Source: Orbicella franksi (taxonomy: Eukaryota). From it: a stretch of DNA of 64,000 bases. Shown in pieces: positions 36,828 through 50,095 of the stretch (positions within the stretch are counted from its first letter, which is position 1; each line of letters begins with the position of its first letter). The notes beneath the pieces are model-generated. The model made no database searches and had not been told where the DNA came from. It saw only the letters and a list, made by a program, of their open reading frames with translations. A program made the translations under genes and the position numbers. The stretch covers positions 8,494,001 through 8,558,000 of the forward strand of contig OZ116707.1 in the NCBI GenBank assembly GCA_964199315.1, in the 5' to 3' direction.

Positions 36828-37930
36828 TTAAATGGCAGCTACAGTACATCTTATAAAAAAAGATCTGACAAAAGGTGGATGCTCTCATGGAAAGCATTGA
36901 GACTATTTGCTCAGAGCAAGGAGAAACACTGGGGGATCTTGTCGCCCAAAGCTGCTTATATCAACGTAAAACTCAAACGATCTTTGATGGAAAGGATCTC
37001 ATTTGTCAGGTTTTTAGTGAAGTCTCACAGGAGGTCGGGGTTTGAAAGGCATTTGACAAGTTGATCCCAGAGGAGCTGTGGGACCAAAGAGTACAAGTGA
37101 ATACAGTTCCTGATTGGATGTTGCTTCTTTGTAAGTTAAAATCCAAAATATCTGACAATTCCTGGCAGATGATTCTCAGTGGAACTAAGCTTGGAAAAAG
37201 TGGGGTGAGTGTAGCCACTGCATGAAATAAGTTTTATTAATGTTCTTTTAGCAATGGGCTGTTGTGATTTATTGTGAAATTAGGGATCAGGGGGAGGAGA
37301 CCTTGAGAGGTATATAAAGTGTTTTGCAAAACCTTGAGGCAGTTACTCTAAATTTTGGAAACCCTGAGGGTGGTGAGGGTTGCACTGTTGAGTCAGGATA
37401 GGATGTGATATTTTTTTCCTCAATAAAAGAAGAATTTTACATCTTCCTACCCCTGCACCCCCTCCCTCCCCCCACCTTCCACAAACACACCTCCCTACCC
37501 TGGGTAAGTTTTTTACATCTTCATTTAATCATCCAGAGATGATGTACCTATTTTGATGTATTGATGTATTTAAAAAGCAACCTGCTGGTACCAGTGTTTT
37601 AAATATACCCTGTGTTACCATTTTAAGTAGGAAAATTAAATTTTGCTTGTATTTTTGTTCAACCTATAGCAGATCAGCACCACTACAAAGAATTTATTAT
37701 TACCCTATCTGACTAAGCTTCTTAATAGTGCCATGGCCAGGCTTCCCAAATGAAATTTGTTAACCCCTTTTTCACTCAGTTGAAGGTCTTCAGATGTATC
37801 TTATCATGCAGGCATTCCAAAGTAATCTATTTGAACATGTTATTTACACTGACGTTTGTACAATCATTATATCATAAAGCATTTTGAACTCTTCCAGGCA
37901 GCTATTTGCTGTTTGAATTAAGCTACTTAA

Positions 37931-38925
37931 GAGTGCCTGCCTGTAAAAATCAGACAAATTCTTAATTTCGCAGCAAGAGTTGAAAATTCGATTTCGCTTA
38001 TATTCTTATGGTAGATAGGCTAGGGTATGACAAAAACTACTGGATAGTTTTTTTGGTAAAATATCCTTTTATTTCAAAGAAATATGCAAATTACCAAATT
38101 CCGTTAAAATCGTCATTTGACGCGCCATTTTATTAAACAAGTTTGAAAGCCTCGCATGCCAAACCACATTATTCTTCCGTCTTTAAAACACTCGAATAGT
38201 TTTGTGCAATGTTTAAATGTGTACTGGGTTGATTTGGGGAAATGCTGCGTTATTTTTTGGACGCAAAATAATTAAATTTCGAAGACAAGTATTTCTTTCA
38301 CTTAAAAGTACTTCGTGAATATAATTAATTTTCACTATGTGCGAAACCTTCAAATGGATTAAGCTTCTGGTGGTTGAATCGCAGGATGGTCTACAGATTC
38401 CTGTAAAAATTTCTTTGGGCAAATGATTGTGAGCGACGTGACAGCCTTTCAAAGTACATTAAAAATGCAAATATTTCACCTTCCGTCGTCAAATTTCAAT
38501 TTACGGGTCAGACATATTTTAGCATGCGCCACATGTCTTGAACTACATTAAGTTGAAATAGACACAGAGCTGATAATTTCAAAATGTTCTAACCTTATTT
38601 GCTGTAAAAGGCAGGTCCAAGAGCCGATTTAATGTGTTTCTCTCGCCATTCGTCGCATATGAAGCAGCAGAGTTTCCTTCTGTTTACACAATGTCCGATG
38701 AACATCACCAGCTGTCATCGTATTTATGGTCGAATACCATGAATCTTTCACCATCTTTCGGCACATATGATCACCACTGCATCTAAGTCAACAACGACTA
38801 AGTCATTTGTGGATAGTTGCTTACCTTGCGCTACAACAAAATAATATTACATTTGAACGATTGCTGCTTGAATCCTTGAATCCTCGTAGCGGTCCGTTAT
38901 TTGTTCATCACGCAATGCTGTCGGT
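37931..38925 (+). repeat. Left TIR of Sola3 (~1 kb)
   Basis: Colinear with the reverse complement of 46410-47418 through CACGCAATGCTGTC; divergence is visible, especially at the inner end. Confidence 0.88.
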
Positions 38926-39214
38926 CCATTTTAGGGGGTAGGGGTAGGACAATTTCTATCCTGATACGTAACCACTTTGGAGCACACAATCTTGTTGAGT
39001 AGGAAGAGAGTAAATAAAGGAATAGAAATAATGACTAGTTTACCTTTGTCTCCTGAGTTGTCTCCTGTTGTCATCTCTTACCTGTGTTGCGTAACACTGA
39101 GGCGCTAAACTCGTATCTAGGTCTTTTCGCGCCGTTACTTTTCTCAAACATTTTGAACACAATCCGAAAACTCATCCGAGTCTCTAAATTTCGCCACTTC
39201 CACAAAACCAAACA

Positions 39215-39473
39215 ATTCTCTATTTTCCAATTGCCCATAATCCACTCTGTTTGACCCCCAAATTTTGCAAAAACTATTGTTGTGAAATGCTCTTGGGAGG
39301 TCTGCATATTCCCTAGTCTCCTCCGCAACCGTTTTATGGCATGTCACGCAACGCTCCCCCAAAAAACGGCTGTAGAGGAAACTACATATTCCCAAGAGCA
39401 TTTCACAACAATAGCTTATGCAAAATTTGGGGGGCAAACAGAGTGGATTATGGGCAATTGGAAAATAGAGAAT
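39215..39473. mobile_element. Palindromic MITE with a nested 71-bp MITE (39314-39384)
   Basis: Outer arms ATTCTCTATTTTCCAATTGCCCATAATCCACTCTGTTTG... are inverted. The inner TAGTCTCCT...AGAGGAAACTA element is flanked by a direct repeat CATATTCCC. Confidence 0.85.
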
Positions 39474-40273
39474 GCAAACACAAAACGTAGTTGTAAGATT
39501 TTTTTACATCTTGGCTGAATTTCTCTTTGAATACTTTAGCGACAGTTGGAGAATTTTATCGCCTTTGGCAAAGTTTTTTCTCAAATTGCTTTTCGCAACA
39601 TGATCTTACCGTTACCCCGGTCTTACACGTGCTCGTGCTCCCCTTCCACTCCCACACGTTTTTTTGACACGACAAATCTTTACAACCCCGCTCCGGTTCG
39701 CGGTTTTTCTTGCGCGTCCGATTCCGATCTTCGCATGGAAACATAATGTCACAAACAGGTCGCAAATTAATGCCTGAACCGTTTTGTGAGATTCTGCCGT
39801 AACAACAAAGAGCTGAGGAAGGACTGCCACTGACGAAAGTCAAAGGAGATATTGGACTAGACCGGGAAGAACTAGCACGTTGTGGGACTACTTTGTGAGT
39901 GACGTGGTATTACGTGAACATTTATTTCACACATGCACAATCCCAGGTCCAACTCGTTTTTATCGTTTTCGAACGTTTTAGTTTGGACAGGCGAAACAAA
40001 TTGGAAAATTAAACACTAGTATGGGCGAAAATAATTTGCTTCGTTTTGTTCGAGATGAAAATGCATTAGTGTGGCCTATGCCTGAGTTACAGCTCTTTCG
40101 GGGGTCTTCGTCTCATTATCTAAGCAACTCTCTCCCGTATTAAACACAAAGGAGATTCTCTATTCCTGAGTGATAATGGGGGTTCCTCAAGGAAAACTTG
40201 TCGCTGCATTGTGGATGAAGCCTGTAGGCCTCAACTGTTTATCTTAATTGAAGACAGTATTTGAGTTTGCGTT

Positions 40274-43200
40274 TCAAAGTGACGCGTTACAGCTACAGCT
40301 ACCAACTAATTTCGTCAGAAGATCTATGTAGGGCTTCTTTTGTTTAACGTTGATTGTTGAGATGTCAAGCTGATAAAAATTACATGTCTTGAAGCATCTG
40401 CACAGAAAACTTTGCGAGTTTAGAGCAAGCTGCGATTTCACAAATGTTATGCGTATCGTACATGATCGGATGCTGAGGTGATATTTCTGCCATGACTTCG
40501 TTACTCAAGTCTTGTATGTTCTGTTCACGAATTTTATTCAGTTCTTCGGTGTGTTCATCTTCTTCGTCCTCAGATTCCTCAACTTGAACAACTTTCTTTG
40601 AAGCAAGGCGTGAGAAAAAACTTGCAACTTGCTGAGAAGTTAAATAACTTGAAGCATCAAATCTAGAAGAGCCATCTGCGTTTCTGACTTTTCTCATTGA
40701 CTTGGAAACATTGGAGGGATCAGCTTTCTTTCCAGTCTGTTCGCCGATTTTGAATACTTCTGTAAGGTATTGTTTCTGGTTTTCAGTCAGTCGTGTTCTT
40801 TGAGTACCAGAGGATTTCAATGCCCAGCCCATTGACAACGATGAACGGGAATCTGCTGCATTAGCTGTACCAGTATCCTCTACAGGATTATCAACAGTGG
40901 CCACACCCTGTTCTAGCTTTGATGCATAGGACATCATTGCCTTATCGAGAAGCGTTAGGCTCTCAAGAGCATACTTGTGCCTTCCAATGTCAAGATGACG
41001 TTCAAGGGACGAAAATCTTTGAAATGATTTTACGCATCCCTCTTCAGGACATGTAAACAGTTTACAGTGACACTCCATGTCGTCCCCACTTTGTTCATGC
41101 GAAGCTTCCCCAACACCAGATGCCAATTGCTCCTCTCCTTGCTGGGTTTGGGGTGATTTTCTCCTTGCTGTAATCGCAGTAAATGTAGCCTTTGGATCTC
41201 TGGCCTCCTTTAATGTGGTTAGCACTCGTACAGAGTAGTGTTCTGGGAAATCAAACTGACTCCATGGCAGGAATTTACCTGGGCCAACCGCATATGACCT
41301 CCAAACTCTCATTCCCTCATTGCCATATTCAATGTTATTGATAAAGCTAACACCTTCCCATTTCACAGGGACTGACTTGGGAATATTCTGTGTGTCGCAT
41401 AGCATAACCCTTACTCCAGGTATGCCACCCGAGGACTCTACGGCATTCTTCATTTGCTCTGGAGTCTCGACATCTTGGCCAGAATTTAGACATATTCTCG
41501 TATGATTCTTAATTGCGGCTGCTTTGCAGTCGCAAGACCCTTTGCCCCCTTGTGGATCCGAGAAATCTAGTCTGACGTTGATGTCGTACTTAGCTACCTG
41601 CTGAATTGCCAGTAGTGTGAAAGCACTGTGGTAGCATCCGGCATTGTCCTGTCTGAAATGAACACTATTTACATTGGGCATTGTACTCTTGAGTTGTTTC
41701 AGGACATCATCGATGATGGCCAAAACTGTGATGCTGTCTTGGTTACAGCTTTGAAAAACGTGAACAAATGACAGCATTTGACGTTGACCTTCGACTATTC
41801 TCGTAGCAGTGGTTATGTGCCATGAAATACCTCGCTTTTCAAACCAATCAGTTTGACTTTCGCGATATTTTCTTGGGAGGTATTTCATGGCCCAATCCAA
41901 GACCAAAAGCACCGAATAAGCATCTAGATTCTTTACGACATCCAGTCATGCTTCATCTTGGTTGATTGATCTGAGTAAATGAGCTTTCCATTCTTCGATT
42001 CTTTTCTTAGCTAGAGAAACTACATATTTCATCTCATCTTTCTCATCGCTTGAGATTTCAGCATTTTCCAAGGCAGACTCAACTTCGTGGATTACATTTG
42101 GAAACACCTCACATCGATCACATGCCAGGTCGTGCTCATGATCACAGGGGCTGATGTAATCAGGATCAGCCTGACAGCTAAGGGCGTAGGCCCTACAATG
42201 ATCTGGAACTCTGGAACTTGGCGATACATGCACCTACAAACAAACCATATCGAAGGAATATTTATTCTACTTATTTCCACTGATGAAACAAGTATGTTTC
42301 TTTGTTTTTTCTTTTTTTCTTTTCAACTTACTAATATGTTGCAGCACAATATTAGCCAGTTTCATTTACAGTACTTACAGGGATTAACCCTCGAAGGAAA
42401 TCGAAAAGAGGGATGATTATGAAACACATTTGGCTCTCCATTGTCACGAGACATGCCGAAACTATATCATGTCTTTGTAGCTCTACAAGATACAATGTTT
42501 ATTTGTTGCTTGTGGCCTGAGGTCATGAAAAAAAAAAGTCTTCAATCCTCCATTTTAATTTCACTTTAATTATTTCATGACGTCTAATTTGACTAATTCT
42601 TTGCGTCAAAACACGGTTATTTATGGCAGTATTAAGAATCACAGATTAACAGTGATGTCAAATTGTCCTTGGGTGACAAATGAAAGTTAAAGAAATTTTA
42701 AGCACCTCGTAATGATCTGTTCCTTTTAAAAATGTAGAAAAAAACCTTGGAAGGGTTTGTTCTGCACCGCCTCCATCTCCTATACTGCCAACCCCTTCTG
42801 CTTCTCCAAGGGTAAAAACTGGCGTCTTAGTCCTAAAGGTTTGCTTTTAGTTGAACGTTGTATGTTGATATTATATGTTGGTGTCATCCATAACATGTAC
42901 AACCGAAACGACTCATAAACTTTCATTATATGCGATGTGTTTAGCTTAATAATGTATCATATTTTTAGCAGTCCTACCTTAAAATCGCCTTTAAGATAGC
43001 GTTTTGTCTGCTTTAATTTTTCACATTGGCTTTTTGCCCAGGAGAGACCTTTTCCATAGTCGCCCAGATTCTCAATGACAGCTGCCAATTCATCAAAAGC
43101 CTTTGCACCCTCAGCTGAGACATAGTCAAGTCCTTGCAAAGACTTGCGCACAGAAGCAGAACATACTTTAAGAATCCTACACAGCGTAGAGCGGCTCATC

Positions 43201-45410
43201 GGGACAAAGCCAGTCTCATGGCAGTAACTCTGGTACTGTTGGACAATCTGCTCCGGAATCATTGTTCTCACCACGTTTGGGATTTTTATCTCCGTGTTCG
43301 ATGACAACTTTAGGGTTTTCTCACCGAATGGCAAATCTTGCATCACATATGAACTAGTGATGAATGCTAAGAAGTGATCAAGTTGTGGTGGCAATACTTT
43401 CATCCTTGTGTTTTCAGCTAGAGGAACGGTGGCGCCTCTACCATGAAGTAGGATATGATGCCGAGCGATGTTGAATCTGTATCTAGACAGATTTGGTAGC
43501 CACGTTTTCAGTACTTTGAAACTGACCTTATCAGCCATAATCGACAATAACTGCCTGCGCGTACTCCAGTGCCCTGCGCTCTGATAGCATTCGACAAGGA
43601 CCCCAAACAACGTGGAGTCAATGTCACCCGCGTCTTCGTTAGGCGATTTTAAGCAATCAAGTAACATCTCTGCACTATTAGGCGCAATTTCTTCTAAAGC
43701 TGCAAACACGACCTGCCTCGCTTTGCGCCTGTGGAACCGTTTTGTTCTTTCTGCAGCTTCTTCCCAAGGTGTAACCATTACATGACGGATGGGACTAATG
43801 TCTCTGGAGGCCAAAAACAAATTAAGTTTCTCTCTTGATGAACTCATCTCAAAATTATCTCTAGATGGAGTTGTAAAACTTTCAGATGGCTGATAGAAAC
43901 TTGTTGGTGTTTCAGCATCTCTCATTGCACCTTGAGGTGTATGTAATATTGGACTTACGTTCTCAGGGTTGAAGGTTACCTCATCATCATCCTACAAATA
44001 GAAAATAACTTACTTTTATTACCTTCACAATTACAGCAAGGGAGACATTGAGGCATAGTTTGGAACCACAAAGCACAACGGGAACATGGTGCAAACTTAA
44101 GGGGCACGAACGCAAACAATATATCAGCAAGTATTTTATATATATGTAAGTATATGACACAAACCCTGCACTGCGATTGGCTAACAGAGTGGGCAAGATA
44201 CAGTTATCTTACCCGATCAGCCCGGGATTACCCGCTGTGTCCCGCAATAAAACGTTGGTCTTAGCAAGGAAAACAAAGGGTTCAGCCAAAAAAAATACTG
44301 AATATTTCTTAATAACCCCGCCTAAATTTTCTTAATTCCTAAATATCTCGAAAACTTCTAAATATCCCAAAAAATATCCCGATATTTGTGCGAAGGCTCA
44401 TTTGGATGGCTGGATATTGGCCTCGCTTTGTTTTGTTTTTTTTGCTTGTTTGTAGACCTCGACTCCGTCTCGGTCCATAAATACTCAAAAAAAAAAACGA
44501 AAAAAAGAAGTTGGCCATCATTCAGCCATCTTGAAGTCTGGCCTCGCTCTAGCCGTATACATAAATGTTTCAGTCATTTTGGCCATGTATCAGTGATTAA
44601 CATAAGGAAAACTAAAACAACACGGAGACCCCTTTTAGACATGCGACGTGTGCAGTGTCACGTGATGTATGCACTATCGTTAAAAGGTCCTTACAAAAAG
44701 GAGAGACGACAGATTCATCACACAGCACGTAGCCAATTAATGCTAATGCTAAGTAGTTGACAATTTAACTCACGAAAAGCGTGGTATACTCACTTAAGTC
44801 ATTCTTTCCATTTGGTCAGTTATAGTGGAATCAACTCCCATTTCTGCAAAGACTGGAGGATCATGCATTTTGGTGTCTGTTATCTCTTTTAATCTCTGTC
44901 GACATGTTCTGCACACACCTGAATTAGGAAGTTGAAGAAACACAGTTAGGCTGGGATGCAACCTATTATTAACTCACAAAATGAAAACCAAGACTTACCT
45001 GACGCAACTTGTACAAACAAACCAGTTTTACGTAGGACTGCCTCTGACTCATTCGTTCCTAACCCTCTTTCACCTTTTGGCCACGGTCCTTTGCCTTTAC
45101 CGTGGCCGGAAATTTCTTCCAGAACCCTGCATCTGGTGCTCGATCCTCTGCTCCAGCCCAACCCAAGTTTTGTGCGATGGTTAGGACATATCGTCATGGT
45201 GCACAAACTTTCACTTTTGCTGAATTTTGCCACTCGGCATAAAATCAGCTCCACTTCATCTTCAGGTCCGTAAATTTATAAGTAGACTTATGACTTGATA
45301 TTCTTCTTGCACGAAAGTAACGGAACAATTTCAGAATTACGCTTTCGATCTTTAGGGTTATAACCACAAACTCCACCAACAATAGCTTTAAAAGAAAAGC
45401 AACCCTCCAT
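40274..45410 (-). pseudogene. Sola3 transposase, multi-exon, with stops and frameshifts
   Basis: DDD motifs VLDWAMKYLP...ESQTDWFEKRGISWH, FRQDNAGCYHS and DPQGGKGSCD. N-terminal Cys-rich exons at 44946-45410; segments at 42957-43925 and 41946-42233; frameshifted end ...GSCSCNASL*. Confidence 0.88.
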
Positions 45411-45779
45411 TTTTTGTTACAAAACTAAACTAAGAAACGTACGAATATCCCGCAACTAAGCAAACAAAAGACGCCGAATATTGTGGAAAGGCCAGGATTT
45501 GTTTACTCAGGTAACTACTAATTAAATTAAGTTTTTTCCCCACGAACTTGTCACGTAGTGATTTCGTATTTTTATTTCAGGTAGGTCTTGTTTCTTTGAT
45601 CTATAATTTGTTCATAGCGATTTTTTAAAATTGTAGTGAGTACAGGCAATTTATCAGCTATTGTATAAAAACCTCATAAAGTGCTACAAACGTGATCTTG
45701 CCACATATATCTATATTCATATTATATTATCAGATATATTTGAGCGATTTCATATACAAAGATATAAATATATCATATA

Positions 45780-46200
45780 TGTATATCTGAGCGATTTCGC
45801 AAAAACATGCCCCCTCGGTTTTCTCCTGGACCCAGGCCTAGTCAGTGGCTCTAAACCTATGATGGTGGGGAGGGAGAGGCTCCTTCAAGGTCGGGCTGGG
45901 GTCATGGCCCAAGCTCTGGTCTATCTGCTGGTGGTTTGCTGGTGGCCAGCTGTGGAAGGGAGGGTGTCTTTTACTGACACGTTCACTTAGCTAGACTTTG
46001 AGTTTCCAGTGCCAAATAACCTTGATATTGACTGTTTTGCTGTGGGTTCTGCGTTGACATGGCGCCCTGCTGGAGAGGCCTATGCCACATGGATGGGTGA
46101 CGGGCCAATCTGCTAGTTAGGGGGTGGTCAGAACACTTCTGGCCGCTGGGTCTGTCTTTGAGCTGCTTGCGGGCGTGGTTTTTGCGAATATGGTCAGATG
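45780..46200. mobile_element. Small non-coding element with imperfect inverted ends (possibly DIRS-like non-autonomous)
   Basis: TTCGCAAAAACATGCCC (~45797) is inverted relative to GGGCGTGGTTTTGCGAA (~46171); interior is GC-richer than the surroundings. Confidence 0.4.
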
Positions 46201-46409
46201 TATAAATGGATAAACATTGAATAAATTGTTTTACTTATCCTAAGATTGCTCCATACAAAATATGCAGAGCAAAATAAGAATATAACAACAAATATTTATA
46301 TTTGTTTAATATAAAAATCATTATCATTATCATTATCATGATTATCATTATTATTATTATTTATCATGTTTTTTTATTAAATACCCCTACCCGCGTGAAT
46401 GAGATGCCA

Positions 46410-47418
46410 TGACAGCATTGCGTGACGAGCAAATGACGTAGACAGTAAGATTGTGCTGCGAGCGCCGACACGCTTGGGAGTGATGGTCAGCAACCAAATG
46501 TAATATTTTGGTGTAGCACGTACAAAGCAAGCAACTATCCACAAATGACAGCCGTTGTTGACTTTGGTAGATGCAGTGGTGATCATATGCGCCGAAAGAT
46601 GATCACAGAGTCATGGTATTCGACCATTGAATACGTTGACAGTTGGCAATATACATCGGACGTTGTGTAAACAGAAGCAAACTTGACCGTTTAAAATGCG
46701 ACGAACGGTGAGAGAAACACGTTAAATCGGCCTTTGGACCTGCCTCTTACAGCAAATAAGGTTAGAACATTTCAAAATTATTAGCTCTGTGTCTATTTCA
46801 ACTTAATATAGTTCAAGACATGTGGCGCATGCTAAAATATATGTCTGACCTGTAAATTGAAATTTGACGACGGAAGGTGAAATATTTGCACTTTTAACGT
46901 ACTTTGAAGGCTGTCGCATCGCTCACAATCATTTGCCCAAAGAAATTTTTACAGGAATCTGTAGACCATCCTTCTACGATTCAACCACCAGAAGCTTAAT
47001 CCATTTGAAGGTTTTGCACATAGTGAAAATTAATTATATTAACGAAGTACTTTAAAGTGAAAGAAATACTTGTCTTCAAAATTTAATTATTTTGCATACA
47101 AAAAATAACGCACCATTCCCCCAAATCTACCCAATACACATTTAAACATTGCACAAAACTATTCGAGTGTTTTAAAGACGGAAGAATAATGTGGTTTTGC
47201 ATGCGAGGCTTTCAAACTTGTTTAATAAAATGGCGCGTCAAATGACGATTTTAACGGAATTTGGTAATTTGCATTTTTCTTTGAAATAAAAGGATATTTC
47301 GCCAAAAAAACTATCCAGTGACATTTGCCATGCCCTAGCCTATCTACCATAAAAATATGAGCGAAATCGAATTTTCGACCCTTGCCAAGTTATGTTTCAT
47401 TTTTAGGGGCAGGGACTC
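46410..47418 (-). repeat. Right TIR of Sola3 (~1 kb)
   Basis: Inverted copy of 37931-38925. Confidence 0.88.
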
Positions 47419-48019
47419 TTAAGAATGGCTGACTGTTAGGATCGAGAAACGCCGGTCAACGACCGATTTGGCAAATCGCTCATATTTTGCCCAAAGATAC
47501 CCTTAGGTGACCTTATTCTAAAAATCATATTAGAAGGTTTCAGCGAATTTTTATTTTTCAGAAATTTGTGAAAATTTGAAAGCACGGTCAAAGTGTGGTT
47601 TTTCGTGTAATAAAATGACCGAAATAAGGTGCGAGGACGAAGCGCTGCTTAAGTCTTAAAATAAATTCAATTGACTCCAAACTTCACATAAACGTGGAAC
47701 AACCACTCTAATTTATTTCTCGTTTTAAACTAATCTCAGATATGTTGATATAGTGGTTTTCCAAACCATTTTAAAAACACCTATGAAGCGTGTGGAAAAT
47801 AACAGCAAAATATAGGTCATGTTTAACAGCATAAAAAGGCATCTGGTACCTCACTTTCTGATTATTTTACTTTACAGCCTTAAAATATCATTATTAAACA
47901 TATACCATGCCAAGTCTCATGCTCGAACTCGCAGTATTTCCCTTTGAGAAAAATGAAAATCTATGTCAATGTTTTGGGCGCAAATAACACAATAATTATA
48001 CAAAAACAAGAGACAAAGC

Positions 48020-49700
48020 GAAACCATTATCCACTACCAGTAATCGACGACTTGCTCCCAGAATTATCAAAGGCAAAGGTCTTTAGTGTAGTTGACGCTA
48101 AGAATAGATTCTGGCACATCCAGTTGGATACTGAAAGCAGTTTCCTCACCACCTTTGGTACCCCGTGGGGAAGATATTGATGCACCAGAATGCCCTTCGG
48201 TATTTCTCCTGCGCCTGAAGAGTTTCAACGGCGCCTCGACAGTGCCTTAGGAGGTTTGAAAGGTGTCCTACCCATGTTTGATGACATCTTGATCTATGGG
48301 GTCGGAGAGACGAAAGCCACAGCTATTGCAGACCATGACCAGCAGCTCATAGCTCTGTTGGAACGCTGCCGCAGTAAAGGCATCAAGCTAAACAAAGAGA
48401 AGTGCAAGTTTCACCTTCCCGAAGTAACCTTTATGGGACATGTGATATCAGAAGAAGGGTTGAAACCCGATCCAGCCAAACTCCAAGGGGTTAAAGAGAT
48501 GCCTACCCCAACAAGCAAACAAGATGTGAAGAGACTCCTGGGTATGGTAAACTACCTCCAGAAGTTCGCACCTAATCTCTCTGCAGCCACTGCCCCTATA
48601 AGAGAACTTCTCAAAGAGCAAAATCAGTTCCTGTGGGACAATGACATTCAAGGCAGAAGCTTTGAGCAGGTGAAGCAGATCATCTCAGAAGCTCCAGTAC
48701 TGAAGTATTTTGACCCCAAAGCAGACACAGAATTACAGTGTGATGCATCGGACAAGGGACTTGGTGCCTGTCTCATGCAAGAAGGGCAGCCAGTGGCTTA
48801 TGCATCAAGAGCCATGACTGATGCTGAAGTTAATTACGCACAAATTGAAAAAGAACTACTTGTTATTGTGTTTGGAGTCGAACGGTTTGAGCAGTATGTA
48901 CATGGCCGGTCAGTCAAGATAGAGACTGATCACAAGCCCCTCGAGAGCATTTTCAAGAAGAGTTTGATCAGTGCACCAAAGCATCTACAGCGCATGATGT
49001 TACGACTGCAAAAGTACAATCTAACAGTCGTCTACAAAAAGGGATCAGAAATGTATCTTGCAGATACTCTCAGCAGAGCTTTCATCTAGTCATCAAGGGA
49101 TGAAGACATCATGAGAGGAGAGGTAGCGAAAGATACAGAAAGTATAAACATGGTCCAGTACCTTCCTGTCTCTGAGACAACACAGAACACCATTCGCTCA
49201 GCAATGGAATCAGACCCAGTTATGAAAGGACTGAAGACTACAATCAGAGAAGGTTGGCCAGAGACAAAGGACCACCTACCAGTCAAAATCAGAGATTACT
49301 TTCCCTTTAGAGAAGAGCTGACACTCCAAAACAGGTTGGTCTTCAAGGGCGAACGACTAGTTGTGCCTGCAAGTGCTAGAGAAGAAATGAAAGCCAAGAT
49401 CATGCAAGCCACATAGGGATTCAGGATTGCCTTTGCCGTGCAAGAGAAGTCCTCTATTGGCCTGGCATGACTAAGGAGATAGAGCAGCATATCTCTCTCT
49501 GTGCAATCTGCAACAGCCACCCAGCAGAGCAAGCGAAAGAACCGTTGATCTGCCATTCCATCCCTACCAGACCCTGGGAGAAGATTGCGGTTGACTTATT
49601 TGAGCTTGATGGGAAGAGCTTTATGGTGACTACTGACTACTATTCAAGCTACTTTGAAGTTGACAGACTCAACACCAAAACTGGAAAGGAAGTCGTCGGG
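48020..49700 (+). pseudogene. pol: Second Ty3/Gypsy pol fragment (RT-RNase H-integrase; Mag-like)
   Basis: HYPLPVIDDLL, MPFGISPAPEEFQRR, MFDDILIYG, LQCDASDKGLGA, YAQIEKELL, YWPGMTKEIEQHISLCAIC and PWEKIAVDLFE...DYYSSYFE. Confidence 0.93.
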
Positions 49701-49759
49701 AAGAGGTGGAGCGAATCGTCATGGCATGAAAAATTGGATTTGTTGCACATTTGATCTCG

Positions 49760-50095
49760 GTCAAAGGCGAAATAAAATATGCTAATAACTTTGACTTTGT
49801 CTTCACCTTTGTCGCTCGTCAAAGGCTAAGTCAGAGGTGGCTATAGCTTTGACTCTACCTTTGACACATGTCAAAGCCAAAGTCAAATATTTAACCCACT
49901 TTACTATACCTTTGATTTGTCAAAGGTGGGGTCAAACATGCTAAAATCTTTGACTTCACGTTTGACGTCCTTCAGAGGCAAGGCCAAAAATGCTAACATC
50001 TTTGATTTCACTTTTGCTGTCCATCAAAGGTGAAGTCAAAAAGGCGAGGCCAAACATGCTTTGTTTCACTTTTAACCTATAAAGTGAGGTCACCT
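49760..50095. repeat. Array of imperfect hairpins built from CTTTGAC / GTCAAAG motifs
   Basis: About five units of pattern CTTTGACTTCACCTTTGAC-n-GTCAAAGGTGAAGTCAAA. Confidence 0.7.

Larger units (their letters stand above)
33367..37203 (+). pseudogene. Unidentified coding sequence interrupted by the piggyBac insertion (33367-33874 and 36828-37203)
   Basis: The 171-aa ORF runs into the left TTAA. After the right TTAA a protein-like frame reads KVDALMESIETICSEQG...VPDWMLLLCKLKSKISDNSWQMILSGTKLGKSG and ends at a GTGAGT donor. Confidence 0.45.
37931..47418 (-). mobile_element. Sola3 DNA transposon (~9.5 kb) with ~1-kb TIRs and TTAA TSD
   Basis: TTAA|GAGTGCCTGCC at 37927-37941 and GGCAGGGACTC|TTAA at 47408-47422. 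Long inverted homology encloses a Sola-type transposase. Confidence 0.88.
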
